A stretch of 64,000 nt of DNA from Monocercomonoides exilis PA203 (GCA_001643675.2 LSRY02000007.1:1426001-1490000); one strand, 5' to 3'. Counted from the stretch's first letter, positions 48,112-61,377 are shown. A program made the numbers and translations. Notes: a model not told the origin generated them from the sequence alone.

Positions 48112-48561
48112 CAGTCGAAACCGGATATAATCACGTTGAATATAATCACATTCGTATATTGTCACATTTTTCGATGCACCGACATTTTTTGCTTGGTTTT
48201 CATTCATTTTTCATCGCATATAATCACAGGTCTGAAAATATTTAATCACATTTTTTATTATTATGTGTGATTTTTTCTCTGAAAAATGGATTTTTTTATC
48301 AAAAATATCATTTTTGCGCTTTTTCAAAAATGAGCTCAAATAAGTCAAAATAATGTGTATTTGTGACAAAAATTGTTCAAGCAAGTGACAGAAGTATATT
48401 TGTGTAAAATTTCCAAAAATAAAATAATCGACACAAAATTCATTATTTCAATAGTTAATTTAAATTTTTTTCTGTGAAAAGCATCATCGTGTATACTCAC
48501 AATCGGATACAATCACAAAAAGTTGTGGAAAAACAGATGTTATAATGTCCGATTTGGACTG
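48112..48561. mobile_element. Tc1/mariner-pogo-type MITE (family B-like, copy 2)
   Basis: TA|CAGTCGAAACCGGATATAATCAC ... GTTATAATGTCCGATTTGGACTG, with repeated TATAATCAC subterminal motifs. Same organisation as 6600-7026. Confidence 0.7.
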
Positions 48562-48927
48562 GATGATTCTTTCAGTGTTTTGTTCAACATAATTTTTCTA
48601 TTTTTTTCACAGAGAAAAAAATTATTTCATCTCTTTTTTTGCATGTAATGCAAGACTCGTTATTATGTGATAATTTAACAAGTTTGGAAAATACAGTAGT
48701 TTTTTTTAAAATAAAAATTTGCAGTCTCCAAGTTCTTTTTTCTGGAGTGCAGAATGAAACACTTGTAATATAAGCATTTCGGTTAACCTCTTTGACTCGT
48801 CAACAATTTATCAATATTTCCGATAAGCCATCCTCTTTATTATTTTCGAAATCTGAATCAAAATGAGACCATCATTAATATTCACCTGTTATATATATTG
48901 GGTGATTAAGATCAATCTTTTTTCGAA

Positions 48928-49776
48928 ATGCTTTATTTTCTAATTGCATCAGTGTTGGCTGAGTCAGTGGTTGATATTGTCAACAACGACCCCTCATCGA
49001 CTTGGGTTGCTACCGAATATCCACGTGAAATTTTGACGCTTGCGAAGATGACAGCAATGATTTCTCAAATTGGTAACGGATTTGAGGGAGAATGGACCTT
49101 TGCCGAAAACGAAAATGCACCAGCTTCCTTTGACTGCAGACAAAAATGGCCAGGCAAAGCAGAGCCAGTTCGAAATCAAGCGTCATGTGGATCTTGCTGG
49201 GCTCATGCTGCATCAGAGACCATGGGCTTCAGAATGGGAATTCGAGGATGCTACAAAGGTGTAATGTCTCCTCAGGATCTTGTGTCATGCGAATCAAATA
49301 ACATGGGGTGCGAAGGTGGATATGCCGATCGAGTTTGGAATTGGATTCAGAAGAAAGGAATCACAACCGAACAATGCCTTCCATATGTTTCTGGCTCAGG
49401 ACGTGTCCCAACATGCCCATCAAAATGCAAAAATGGATCAAATATTGTGCGCTCATTTGTTTCGTCGTGGGGATCATTCAACTCAAAAACCGTGATGGAC
49501 GAAGTTGCAAATAATGGACCAGTTTATGCATGCTTTGAAGTGTTTGAAGACTTTTTAAACTACAAGAGTGGAATTTACCAACACAAAACAGGAAAATCCA
49601 AAGGATGGCATCATGTTATGTTGATGGGATGGGGAACAGAAAATGGAGTGCCATACTGGCTCCTTCAGAACTCATGGGGATCAGGATGGGGAGAAAAGGG
49701 CTTCTTCAGAATTAGAAGAGGAACAAACGATTGCCACATTGATGAAATATTTTATTCTGGACTTCCAAAATGCTAA
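48928..49776 (+). CDS. Cathepsin B-like cysteine protease (papain family C1A), intronless
   Basis: Signal peptide, NQASCGSCWAH, SPQDLVSC, GCEGG, HHVMLMGWG, YWLLQNSWG. Confidence 0.95.
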   Translation: MLYFLIASVLAESVVDIVNNDPSSTWVATEYPREILTLAKMTAMISQIGNGFEGEWTFAENENAPASFDCRQKWPGKAEPVRNQASCGSCWAHAASETMGFRMGIRGCYKGVMSPQDLVSCESNNMGCEGGYADRVWNWIQKKGITTEQCLPYVSGSGRVPTCPSKCKNGSNIVRSFVSSWGSFNSKTVMDEVANNGPVYACFEVFEDFLNYKSGIYQHKTGKSKGWHHVMLMGWGTENGVPYWLLQNSWGSGWGEKGFFRIRRGTNDCHIDEIFYSGLPKC

Positions 49777-50020
49777 GATGTTTTAATGATTGTTCAGAAA
49801 CATATTTATAAATCTGAATTATTTCCTTTTTTGTTTGAAATTGTTGTTCCATATATGGAGAGTGTTACATTTTTATTTATTTTTTATTTTATTTTTTTTT
49901 ATTCGTCACATTTAGAGAAAAAAAAAAAATAATAAGAATAAATGGAGTTGTAATGATTGCTTTTTTCACTTTTCAGCATTTTTTGCCAATAAAAAATTAA
50001 TATAACAAGAAACAAACAAT

Positions 50021-52987
50021 TTAATTCGAGCAAATGACATTTTGCTTTTGGTTTAATGCTTTCTCAGTGAATTTTTCTGAGTTAAACTTTCCAGAAAGCT
50101 GCAGTTGTTCGCTTTGCGAAGATGCAGCGGAGCAATCTGCTGATAGAGAAGAAGGTGAGCAAGTCTTCAAAGGAGACTCGCTCGCTTGGGCTCGAGGGCC
50201 AATTACTGAGATATCTTCATCAACATTGTCATTATTCCCGGATTTGCTCTGGTCCTTCAAGTCACTTGCACCATTTTCTTCATTCTGCTCCAAAATCACC
50301 TCCATTTCATCTTCTCCATCTGCCTCACGTGAACTATGGGCATCTTCCCCTTCGTCATCTTCTTCCTCTTTCTCACCGCATTGCTGCATTTGATGCATCT
50401 GTTGTTGGTCGCTGGATTTCTCTTCTCTGTTCATTCCTTCAATCCACTTTGCGTTTTGCTGCTCCACTGCTTGCAAGCACGCTCCTTCCATCGAAGTGAA
50501 GTATCTTGTCTTCTTCTGCTCGACCCTGCCCTGCCTGCTTTCTGTGCTGTTCCCTCCAAAGCTGTCTTCATTCACCACCTCGTCCTCTTCCAGCAGCATC
50601 GAGGGAGTGATGCGAGGACGTGACAGCGTCGGAGCAAGATGAGGAAATCTGGGCCTCTGCAGAAGCGGATTCTGGTTGGACACAGTCTCGAAGAGCGTGG
50701 CAGCAGATATGGACTGAGGGAATATCATCGAAGAAATTGAAGAAGAAGAAGAAGAAGAAGAAGAAGAAGAAGAAGAAGAAGAAGAAGAAGAAGGGGAAGA
50801 AGAAGAAGAAGAGGAAGAAGAAGATAGCTTCGAATCGAAAGATTCAATATCAGAATTTTGTTTGCTGATTGAAGGCAGATCGGGATTGCTCAGCAGTCGA
50901 GCTGTGTCGCTGTCTTCTTGCTCTGAAGAGTTGCTGCTGCTGAAAGACGGAGCTGGCTCAGACGAAGAAGATGCAGCCGAGCCAGAAAAAGAGCTAAAGA
51001 GCAAATCCGATGTTGGAAATGCATCACATTTCTCATCCTGTTTGCCTTCATGCGACTCGCTCCATGATTCGTTTTTGCTTGTTCTGCAATCTGTTTGCTG
51101 ACTATCTGTGGCTGCTGTGTCCGAAGATGTGGGAGAAACAGACTGGAGAATCTCCTGCAGCTTGTGATCTTCTTCCACAGAAAGAGGTGATAACGCGATT
51201 CGTCTGTGGCTGAGTGACTGCCCAAGCATTCCAGCAGACTCCACAATGGCAGATGAGAAAGACGTTTCAAGAGCAGAATTGGTGTCTGCCTGCGAAGAGG
51301 AGCACAACGAGACTGAAGGGCAACGCATGTGCATTGACGAGCAAGTCGAAGATGCAGATACAGATGCAGATGCTGAGGAGGACACAGAAGAAGAAGAAGA
51401 TGATGATGATGAAGAAGATGAAGTCATGCAACCTTTTGCTTTTTCGTTTTTGTTTGAAAGACCTGATCTTTCAGGCACTCTTGCTGACTTCACCAGCTTC
51501 TTGATGCTCTCCACCAGTGCTTTCTCGTCCACCTCCAATGAAGAGATCACTTTGCCGCTTGCTGCAAGTTCCTCTGGATCTGCACTAACTGCAGCCACTG
51601 CTTCGTGTGCAGGCACCTTCCCAAACGAGAACACACTCGTGTCGACCATCCACAGAAGCAGAAGCGATGCAAACAGAAGAAGCAGAAGAACCAGCAGAAA
51701 CAGAGAAGAAAATGCCAGCGAAGGCGGGCGCAGAGCAGTCGCCACAGAAAACACAGAAAATGCTAAATTAGATGAGGCACGAGCGAACTGCAGATATGCC
51801 ATAGGCGAATAGTGGCATGTCTCTAATGCGAGCCAGAACATGTTCACATCAATGCCACTCAGACTGAAACCGTAGCACGCATGTGTCAAACAGAATAATA
51901 TGATTTTGACAACAGGCAATGCAGATGAAGAAGAAGGAGAAGCAAATATTTCCAAGTTTGGAGAAAGAGGCACGTCAGAAGATGTCGATGTGAGAGAGAT
52001 AATTGAAGTGATACCCAAAGTTGCAGTAGACAAAACTAAATAACCCAAAATTGTTGCTGTGTTTATGAAAAGCGATGTTCGCTTCGAAAACTTGTCAACG
52101 AACATCCCAAATAGATATGAGCCCAAAATCGACAGAAGCCCACCAAGTGCAAACCCAATTCCGCTCCACACTTTTCCTTCATCTGGAGACAGCTGTTTTG
52201 TAAGAATGTTGACGAGGAATGAGTTCATGCATCGGCACAAGCTCAAAAACAGTACAACACTGTACGAAGATTTCACTTTTGCGATCTTCCAGATCTCGGT
52301 GAAATACAACTTTGCACTCATCTTTGGCTTGTTAGACGATTTTGTTGAGACAACCAGCATTAGCGCACATCCGATAATCCCAAAGATAGAAAAAACAGTA
52401 ACAACAACAATGCTTGAGCATCCAACAGCAAATAGAACTGAGCCAAGCATATTTCCGAAAGGAGCGCTTATGTAGAAAATTGAGTAAAACAACCCTGTCA
52501 TTTTGCCTCTTGTTTCCGGTTTCGTTGCTGTTTGCATATGACTACTCCATCCAAACCAAAGCATTTGATTTGATATTGCATTTAACGCTACTCCAAAAAA
52601 TAAAAGTACAAGGGAAGTGGCTGTTGTTTCTTCCATTCCCCTCAAAATAATTAAAACAACCAAAACAAGCACAACAAAAAATAAACTTAAAAAAGACGCT
52701 AATCTTAAAGCCACAGAAACACCAATTAGTTGCTGAACCAGAGGAGAAACGAGAGAATAAAGACACAACATTATTCCTTGAAAAGTGTAAATCATTGAAG
52801 AATATTTCGGAAAAAGAGATGCCATATTGTTCATTGAAGTTTGTGAAGCTACACTCAAACAGCAAAATGCTAACCCAAGAATAATAATTGAAGTTGTTTC
52901 TTTTTGAAGCCAACTTTCCTTTTTCATTGACTCAGCTTGCATTGTAGGTGACTCATGATATTGAGTTTCATCATCTTGAGTCTGCAT
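50021..52987 (-). CDS. MFS transporter (UNC-93-like) with long Ser-rich cytoplasmic tail
   Basis: About 12 hydrophobic segments in the first ~450 aa, motifs RGKMTGLFYSI and FGMFVDKFSKR, and a disordered C-terminal half. Confidence 0.75.
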   Translation of the reverse strand: MQTQDDETQYHESPTMQAESMKKESWLQKETTSIIILGLAFCCLSVASQTSMNNMASLFPKYSSMIYTFQGIMLCLYSLVSPLVQQLIGVSVALRLASFLSLFFVVLVLVVLIILRGMEETTATSLVLLFFGVALNAISNQMLWFGWSSHMQTATKPETRGKMTGLFYSIFYISAPFGNMLGSVLFAVGCSSIVVVTVFSIFGIIGCALMLVVSTKSSNKPKMSAKLYFTEIWKIAKVKSSYSVVLFLSLCRCMNSFLVNILTKQLSPDEGKVWSGIGFALGGLLSILGSYLFGMFVDKFSKRTSLFINTATILGYLVLSTATLGITSIISLTSTSSDVPLSPNLEIFASPSSSSALPVVKIILFCLTHACYGFSLSGIDVNMFWLALETCHYSPMAYLQFARASSNLAFSVFSVATALRPPSLAFSSLFLLVLLLLLFASLLLLWMVDTSVFSFGKVPAHEAVAAVSADPEELAASGKVISSLEVDEKALVESIKKLVKSARVPERSGLSNKNEKAKGCMTSSSSSSSSSSSSVSSSASASVSASSTCSSMHMRCPSVSLCSSSQADTNSALETSFSSAIVESAGMLGQSLSHRRIALSPLSVEEDHKLQEILQSVSPTSSDTAATDSQQTDCRTSKNESWSESHEGKQDEKCDAFPTSDLLFSSFSGSAASSSSEPAPSFSSSNSSEQEDSDTARLLSNPDLPSISKQNSDIESFDSKLSSSSSSSSSSPSSSSSSSSSSSSSSSSSSISSMIFPQSISAATLFETVSNQNPLLQRPRFPHLAPTLSRPRITPSMLLEEDEVVNEDSFGGNSTESRQGRVEQKKTRYFTSMEGACLQAVEQQNAKWIEGMNREEKSSDQQQMHQMQQCGEKEEEDDEGEDAHSSREADGEDEMEVILEQNEENGASDLKDQSKSGNNDNVDEDISVIGPRAQASESPLKTCSPSSLSADCSAASSQSEQLQLSGKFNSEKFTEKALNQKQNVICSN

Positions 52988-53407
52988 TTAAATTTAAAAT
53001 TCACAAAAAGATAAGAAGAATCAGAAAGTGGATTCTTTTAATATGCTCAAAAACTTACGAAGTCAAAATTTATCTGCGAATACAAATGTTGTAGCACAAG
53101 TAATTACAAATTGCAAATAAAAAGAAAAGTTTACAGCTTGCATGAAATTAGAAATGCTATTTATATTGCTCTAAAAAATTATCATTTCCCACAAGCGTCC
53201 ATTTCTTTCTAGCAAATTCAAAAACGTTAATTGTGATAAAAAATTATGCAACAAAACATATTTGTGAAACAATATCGAAAGTATTTTTTTAAATGTTTTT
53301 GAAAGAGCAAACAAAATTAAAAACGATAATTAAACAAAAGTAACCTTTATTAATACTTCAAATAACTATTTATTGATTTTTTCTGTGTTCTGTGGTTTAT
53401 CAATTTC

Positions 53408-56400
53408 ATGAGCATGAACTGCGAGCAGAAAAATATTAAAAGCGAGAAAAATTTATCTGAAATTGCACAGTTATACCATCTTTTATTTGATATTCTTGAA
53501 ATGTATTTTTAACTTTTGTTTTTGTTTGATACTTTGTAGATACGAATTTGAAGTACTATTTGGTGAACTTGGAGTTCAATGCGGTGAAAAGGCAAGACAA
53601 AGAGCAGTTAACTGTGGGCTGAAAGATTGTTTAATTAGGAGCATTTGTTGGAGATTTTTCTTTGGAGCTCTTAGTGGAGAACCAACAGAAGAATGGATTC
53701 ATCAATTAAATCATTCAAGAAAGCATTATGAAGAATTAAAGCAAAAACTTATTGTTGATCCCCACAAAAGCAATGTTAGTGATCTTGAACACGATAATCC
53801 TTTAAGTACCGACGTAGATTCCGCGTGGGGCAAATTTTTTGTAAATAAAAAATACGAAGAACAACTTTCATTGGATTTAACACGTTTATTTCCTGAAGTT
53901 CCATTCTTTCATCATCGAGAAGTGATTGAGACAATGAGAACAGTTTTACTGGTTTGGGTTCGCTCTCATCCTGAATTGAAATATATGCAAGGGATGCATG
54001 AGATCCTTGGAGGGTTGTACTATGTGTTTGCCCAAAGCAACTGCCGAAGCGAACATCCATTGTCCGAAGCAGAGCTTCTTGCGAGATATCCCTTATCACA
54101 AACAGAATCATCGCCAAATACCCAAGCAAAGAGCCCAACGCATATGTACCAACAAAACGAACCAATAGCATTCCGAAGAGGAAGGATAGCTCCAGTTGTG
54201 TTGATTGATGCCATCACCGATCCACATTATCTGGAGCACGACCTGTACACCTGTTTCACACTGCTAATTCCCCGACTCAGTCGATGGTACTTTGAGCGGT
54301 GGATGCAGCCTGATGTACTGGCACAGAAAGCGAAAGAAAAAGAACTGGCTGAAGCTTCAAAAGCTGGATCTTCTCCAATTCTAGCCCCATCTACTGAAGC
54401 TCAGGTGAATGCTGGCCAATCCCCAGTACCTTCGACAAGCCCTGCTCACTCAACCACTTCATCTGTTGCTGCCTCTCCGATATCTTCTTCTGTAATGCAA
54501 ATATCCAAATCTCCATCTCCCTCACCATCCCCTTCAGCTGCATACACTCATCATTCTGAAAGCAGGCAGTCACCATACACTTCCTCTTCATCCCCTTCGT
54601 CTTCCTCCTCTTCTTCTTATTCTCCTCATTCATCCTCACTCCCACAGACCGAGCCGATGCTTGCCTCGTCCTCGCGTGAGGTGATGCGTCTGCTGTCGCT
54701 GAAGGACCCTCTGCTGTTCTCCCACCTGAGCAGCCTGGGTGTGGAGCCGCATCTCTTCCTGATGCAGTGGATGCGCCTGCTGTTCCTGCGCGAGTTCGGC
54801 CTCGACGACGGACTGCGGCTATGGGACGCGTTGTTTGCGTGCGGCGACTCGCTGCGGCTGATGGAGTGGGTGGCGGTGTCGATGATGCGCTCCATCCGCG
54901 GCCAGCTGATGGCGATGGACGACCAGCTGAAGATGTTCCGCGTGCTGAAGGCGTTCCCGCCGGCTGTCGACGTCGACGCCTACGTGCTCGACGGGTACAG
55001 GCTCTGCTTCCCGACACGCCCAATGCCCCCGTTCATTTCAATCAGGCAGGAAGAGGCAAAGCCCAAAGAAATGCCAGTTGCATCCCCTTCTCATTTTGCA
55101 CCAGGCTCTGCCAATTCGTCTGAGGCTTCTCTTGCTGTTCAGATGGGGAGGCGCGATGTGATTGGAGCTGGCGTCGACGAGTCGGTTTTGAAAGAGCTGT
55201 CAGTTGGCGGCGGGTGGGGCAGTGTCACTCCCGCGCCTTTCCCTTCGCCGTCGGAGGTGACTTGCTTCACAGAACCTACAACCAACCAGCATCAGCACCC
55301 GACAATCAAAACACACCCGCCCATTGTGACGTCTGACGATTACAGGAGACTTGGAGGAGCTTCTCGCTTGCCATATTCTCCTTCGCCTGCTCGCTCACAG
55401 TTTCCACAGCAAGCACACCAAAATCCAACTGTTATTGCACCCTCACCACCAACCACTGCTCCACCAACATATTCACCTTCTGCACCAAGCAAGATCGAAT
55501 CGTTTATCCCTCGTCGTGTCGTCGATGCACCCGCTGGATCTGCGCCTCCTCCAAATACTGCTGCTTCTCATCCACCTCAAATGCATCCACAGGCAATGCC
55601 TCCTCCTTATTCACATAACTCCTCTTTTCTCCGATCACCGCAGCCTCCTTTCAATGGCCAGGCTCCCACACAGATGCAATCCAAGCCTCGTCCTATGAAT
55701 GGAGCTCCGCCAAACATCAGCGGCCAGTTTCAGCGGACAAAGCGCTCTCCTTTCCCCACACGAACCATCTCAGCTTCAACGCTGTCTCAGATGGCTCCGT
55801 CCACCATGCTGACTTCTCTTTCCTCTCCGTCTGCATCTCCTGTTGTGCACATGCAGGAGAAGATGACGATGCTCAAACCGGAAACGCTGCCGTTTGAGTC
55901 GTCATCATCTTCGCCTGCTGACGATCCATTCTCAAACAACTCTGCCGTTTCTGTGGCGTTTGAAGAGGTGCAAAGGTTGTCTGTTTTGAATGGAGTTGAT
56001 TTAAAGATACCTACTTTTTGTGCGTTGGAGCGGCAGATTGTGAGGGAGGAGGAAGAAAGAGAGAAATTAAGCCAAAGAGTGATGATGGTGAAGCGAATGT
56101 TGATGGGATTGCTGGCAATGTCAGGCGTAGAAAACCAAGGTGAATCTTATGATGAACGTGAAGAAAGTCATGAGAATGAAGAAGAGAATGAAAAAGGAAG
56201 CAGAAAAGAAAAGAAAAGAGGAGAAAGAACGAAAGAGAGTTCGAATGAAGCGAAAGCGAAAGCGAAAGAGAGAATGAAAGAATGTGTGGTGCAGCTTCAG
56301 AGTGTGGAGGATGTGCTGATGAAGCGGAGCAGGCGGATGATACGTCCGCCTTCATTTGACTTGGTGTGGGATGAAAACGAGGATGACGAAGGAGTCAGCG

Positions 56401-57866
56401 GAGATAATGAAAAGAATGAGAGAGAAATAAAGAATGTGAATGAATTATCTTTGGAAGCTGAAGAGAAGAAAGAGCAAGCATTGAAGGAAAGCGTAGAAGA
56501 AGGGAGCTCTGAAAAGAATGAAGGAGAAGAAGTTAAAAAAGAGGAAGGTGAGGAAACATCTGACAAAAAAGATAGTTGCGAAGATTCTGCAATAAATGCC
56601 ACAGATCACGTCGTATCAACAAGCATTGACAATAAAACTGCAATTTCCACAAAGCCACCATCATCTAAAACAGAAGACAGTTCCGAAGCTCAAAACATTG
56701 CGTCGTCAATCAAGCAGAGTCTTCTAAAGGCGTCTCGGAGGAGATGGAGGGCTGCCTGTTGTGAGCTTCCAGTGCATCTTCAGGTGATCCGCAGACACAA
56801 GCGGATGCTCCGAAGACAGCAGAAGAAGCAGCAGAAAGAAGAGGCGAATATTGGAAGATATGAAAGAATGAGTGGTTCAAACGATAGAGAAAGCATCGAT
56901 TTCTGGGAAGCGATCAAGCGGAAGGAGCTGGACAACGAAAAGAAGAAGGAGAGGATCAGGAAAATTGTGGCGCAGGCAGCCGAGCGAGTGCAGATTCTGA
57001 AGCAGAAAGAGCTTGAAAGAGAGAAAAACGGTAAAGAAATGGAGAGTGAGAGAGAATCCTTTGATGAGCAGAAGGAAAGAGAAGCGATTGAAGCAAAGTT
57101 GTTTCCGAAGGTGGAAGAGCAAGAAACAACAAGAATGACATCGACCTCTCTTTATTCTGTTGTCAGTGTGCCTTCAAAACAAGCAAGTGCTTCGGAAACA
57201 TCGAGCTCTCAAACACTGGATGATGTTCATTCACATTTATCTTTGAATTCATCATCATCATCAACAACATCTTCTTCTTCTGGAAGAATTGCCTCGTTCT
57301 TTGAATGTGTTGCTGGAGGAATTGAAAAAGAGAAAGAAGAGAGGGAAAAGTCTCCGACCATTTTCGATGTGATTCTTACAAGCAGAAACAAAAGCTATGA
57401 AGCGGACGAAGACATTTCAGATGAGAGCAAAGATGAGGATGAAGACGAGGAAGAGGAGGAGCTCAAATCCAAAAATATGGAAAAATCTAAAGGAAACAAA
57501 GAAGGAGAAAAGCTTGGAGAAGCAGATCCTTCAGGAAACAATGCTGATTTAAACGCAGAAAAAGACAAACAAACAGCTCCATCATCGCAGCCAACACTGA
57601 AAAACAAAAGCCAAAGCGAAGAAGATTACAGCAGCGCCATTCTGGCACACCCTAAAAAGGCTGTTGTTCTATCTTCTCCGCTTCAGCTGTTGGAGTCTGC
57701 GATGGAAGAAGACGATCTCAAACACAACACAATCAGTCCTGTGCTGGAGGAAAAGGCACCAGAAGTGTTGAAAGACACAAAGACGTCAGCTTCTGAAGAC
57801 GAAGAACTATTTCAAAACGATGACAATGATTTTGCTCTTCTTCTTGAGGGAAACAAAACTTCTTGA
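53408..57866 (+). CDS. TBC-domain Rab GTPase-activating protein (TBC1D5-like); intron 53470-53539
   Basis: IRSICWRFFFG, DNPLS...W..FF, LSLDLTRLFPE (Arg finger), YMQGMHE (Gln finger), YLEHDLY, WMRLLFLREF...LRLWD. Confidence 0.9.
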
Positions 57867-58541
57867 AATTCTGAAATCTAATGCTGTTCATCTCTGTTGG
57901 TATCTCTTTTTGCTAAGATTTGTTGATCGATGAATTTTAGTATTTCTCTATATCTTTTTTATTTAAGTATTCATCGTGTTATACAAAGGTGCAGCTTTTG
58001 GTTGTTTGAATAAGATTTTTTGTTTCGGTTTTTTCGTTTCAACCCATTTCACCTTTTTGTAACTTTTCACTTCTTTTCTTGCATTTCATTTGGATTGAGT
58101 GTTTCTCCAACGCCTTCAATCAAAAAATATGAAGGGAGTCCTACTGCTTTCTTATAAATGTTTTATCCAGTTTTCATTGGATTTGCCAGGGCCCATTGTT
58201 CAAATTGCTTTCTTGTTTCAAAACAGTGCTTCTTTAAAAAGAGTGTTAAATTATAAAAATTCGCTAATACAACAAAATGAGAGGGGCATGAAAGAGAGGA
58301 GGTAAATGAACAAAAAGCAGATGTGGTGAATCGCTCATGAAAAGATGAAGACTTTTAAAAAATATGAAAACAAAACATAAATTAAAATGTAAGACAAAAC
58401 AATTATAAATAAAATCATTCTTATTTCCAACTCAAGACATTCTAAATTTATCACTTTCACTTTGCAAATTCATTCATTCACTAAAAATGAATTTTTGTTC
58501 TATTCTCTTTGGATTGTTTTTTTTATTTCTTCAATAAACAA

Positions 58542-60825
58542 TTATTCAGATCCATCGTATTCTTCGTAGATTCGTCTTCTGTCATCAGTGATTTCCTTCA
58601 AATAAAACACCCCCTTTGAAAAGTATTTGTTCCAATTTGGTTCAAAACAGACGTTTGCCACATTCGCATCTTGCGAAGTTGTGCTCCACCCAGCTTTGTT
58701 GTAATACTTCTCACGTGAAGCCACAGCTGCTTTGAAGTCTGCAAGCTCCATCTCTTTCCTGTTTGCCAGAAGTTCATCGATGTGCGCCATTGACTGCAAT
58801 AAAGAGTGAATAGTAAATGAATGGTTGCATTCTGGAAATGAATCAATATAATATGAGAGGGAAGGAGTTGATGGTTGAACAGAAGAAGAAGAAGATGATG
58901 ATGAAGGCAAGTCTGTATTCACTGAACAATGTGAAGCAGATTCTGAAGTTGAGATCGACGGCTTCCCAGACAATCCAGCCTTCTCATTTACACGAATTGT
59001 CCACAGGGCGCTGACAAAGCCAGAGCCATATGAATAGCAGAGAACCCTCTTCATCATCCTCTTTTCAAGCTCAAGTTCCTTTTCATCATCATCGCTTGTT
59101 CTGCTTTCCTTTGAAGCATCTTCTCTCAGCTTTGTCAGAGAATTCTCAATCTCCATCTGTTTGTGCAGAAGCGAGGCAAGTGCAAAGAATACTGATGCAG
59201 TGTATGAATTTCCTGTCTTTTTCGGAAGAAACGCAGATGGCATCACTTTCTCTTCGAATTCTGCGTCTTTCCGTTTCAGCACAGCTCTTGAAGCAACTTT
59301 GTATTCGTTGCTTTTTAATGTGTCGCTGAGACTCATTCCATCGCAGCAGGAAAACTGAGGAATATGAAATGTGACAAAATGATTCAGAAAATAAAAAGAA
59401 TAAGCAAAGCAAAGAATAGTCATTTGCAGTTAAACAAAAAATATCATTTAAACATTTTCAATTGAGATAAATCAAAGAGATTCATACTTCATCCCATTTG
59501 AGCTCTTTGCTGAAAGGCATTCCAGAATCAATCGAGTGCCCAGATTGTGTCTGAAGCTGTATTTGAGAGTGCCTCTCCAAGAAAAGCAACCTTGAATAAG
59601 CTTTCTTCACCATCCCATGATACGGACTATGGAATAAGAAATGACTGAATTGAGACAAGCTAAAAGGTGGTGGCTAAGAATAGTATTAAAGTTAGATCAA
59701 ATTAAATTTATGAGTTTGAAGCATGCACAAAATGAAAGAAATACAAAGAAAATATATTTTTTAACTCAAATTGATTAAGAATTTCTGTAAGTGCATCACA
59801 CCTCTTTTTCACCTATTTTCTTGCAATGCATTCTCAATTCTTGAGTCTTCTGCTGCATGTTCTCGAAGCACAGGTCCAAGCCACGAAGATAACAGTTTAG
59901 AGAAAGAGGACCATTCACAACAGGATATTCATGAGAAGAGTCCGGCTTCCAAAAATCAAATTCGTCATCACATGCAAATGATCTTAATCCTTATATAAAA
60001 TGAAATACCATCAAAAAAATTCAGTTTTTTTGTTTATTTGCAATCGTTTTCTCAAAATATTCCAAACAGCACACTCTCAATAACAAGTGGAGCATTCGGA
60101 GTGATTAGCATCGCCGCAGCTCCTGCTCCTCCAGTTGGCTGCGCGGATTCAGACTATTTTGCAATGTTTCAAAGTGAGTTACATTCACATATTCAAAAAG
60201 AGAAAAGTTGCATACTGGTCCTCCATACAAAGCAACATCTGTTGCCACTGCAATTGCATAGCCTCCGTGAATTGTAACATGGTCAACAGCGTTAAAAAGT
60301 GTTTCTGTTCCTCCGAAGCATGCGTTTGTTGAGTCCAGACCTCTGATATTCGGATTTCCATCAAATAATCTCATCAAAAAAGTTTTTATTGATTTCGAAT
60401 GATCCACTCCCTGAAATTTTCTTATTAATAAATGCTCCAAAAGAAACTTCATACGCTTTCTGTGCCCACTCCTAAATAATTGATTGCTTTCGGATCCACT
60501 TTTGTCTTTTGCAGGAGTCGTTTTGTAACAGTTAATGCAAAAGACACTGCATCTTCTTTTTCATCTGATTTTTGCAACGTTACAAAGGACAAAATGTTTT
60601 ATTGTTATGGTATTTAATAACAAAAATCAATTGCATGAATCAAGAGAAATTTTATTATTACTTCAAAAAACCTGTAAAGCACATTCGTTCTTGACCTAAA
60701 CCTTTTGTAAACTTGCCCTTATCTTCGGGCATTATTTCAAATTTCTGCATATCAATACATCGCTGGGGAAAATATAATTCTAGTGCAGAAATTCCAACAT
60801 TTGGAAAGAATGAATTATCAATCAT
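58542..60825 (-). CDS. HMGS: Hydroxymethylglutaryl-CoA synthase; multi-exon
   Basis: NVGISALELYFP, GKFTKGLGQERM, DHSKSIKT, STNACFGGT (catalytic Cys), PTGGAGAA, FHSPY, GNSYTAS, YSYGSG. Confidence 0.92.
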
Positions 60826-61377
60826 TTTTTGTTGGGATGGATCAATCAAAATATCACTTAAAGTATTCTCTTCGAATAATCACTTACAGAGAAAAAACAT
60901 GGTCTCAAGAAGAGTCTATCAAAAATATTGCAAATGAACAACATTTGACTTCTGAATGATTTTTTTGAAATCAAATATTTGTGCAAACAATTATTTATTG
61001 CTTCTGAGAACAAAACTGAAATTTTCAAAATTGTTGTAAATTGCATGTTAAGAAATGGATATGCAAAAAAATTCAATGCATACCCTTTTTATGAAAAAAA
61101 ATTAAGCAAGGAAACAACAACAACAACATCAACAAAAAAAAAAAAAAAAAAAAAAAAAAACCACATATTGAAATGCCAGGAATATTCTCAATCCGTTTCG
61201 CAACGAAGAAAAATTATTCGTGGCTTTGATAATGTGTTCAAAAAAGTTATCTTTATTGATCAAAGTAATTATTTGAGTAATTTGATTTTTTTTTGTTTTA
61301 AAAATAGAAGGTTTGAAAGGCATTTATTTAATGATTTGAAAGAATTTTTTATTCTTTTATTTTTGTAGTGTTTCTGA

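Larger units (their letters stand above)
46311..48799 (+). mobile_element. Decayed pogo/Fot1-like (DDE_1) DNA transposon, transposase pseudogene
   Basis: Left end CAGTCGGGGACGGAAACTCGAGCCA. Transposase motifs LIFNIDETS (~46975), TSADG, LIMEG..GH, LPSYTSHILQPNDQFIF and SGMWP, with frameshifts. Weak inverted match to the left TIR at 48779-48799. Confidence 0.8.

Noticed and set aside
48928-49776. Cathepsin B lacking the His-His occluding loop
   Set aside because: A common feature of metamonad cathepsin B-like enzymes, so not novel.
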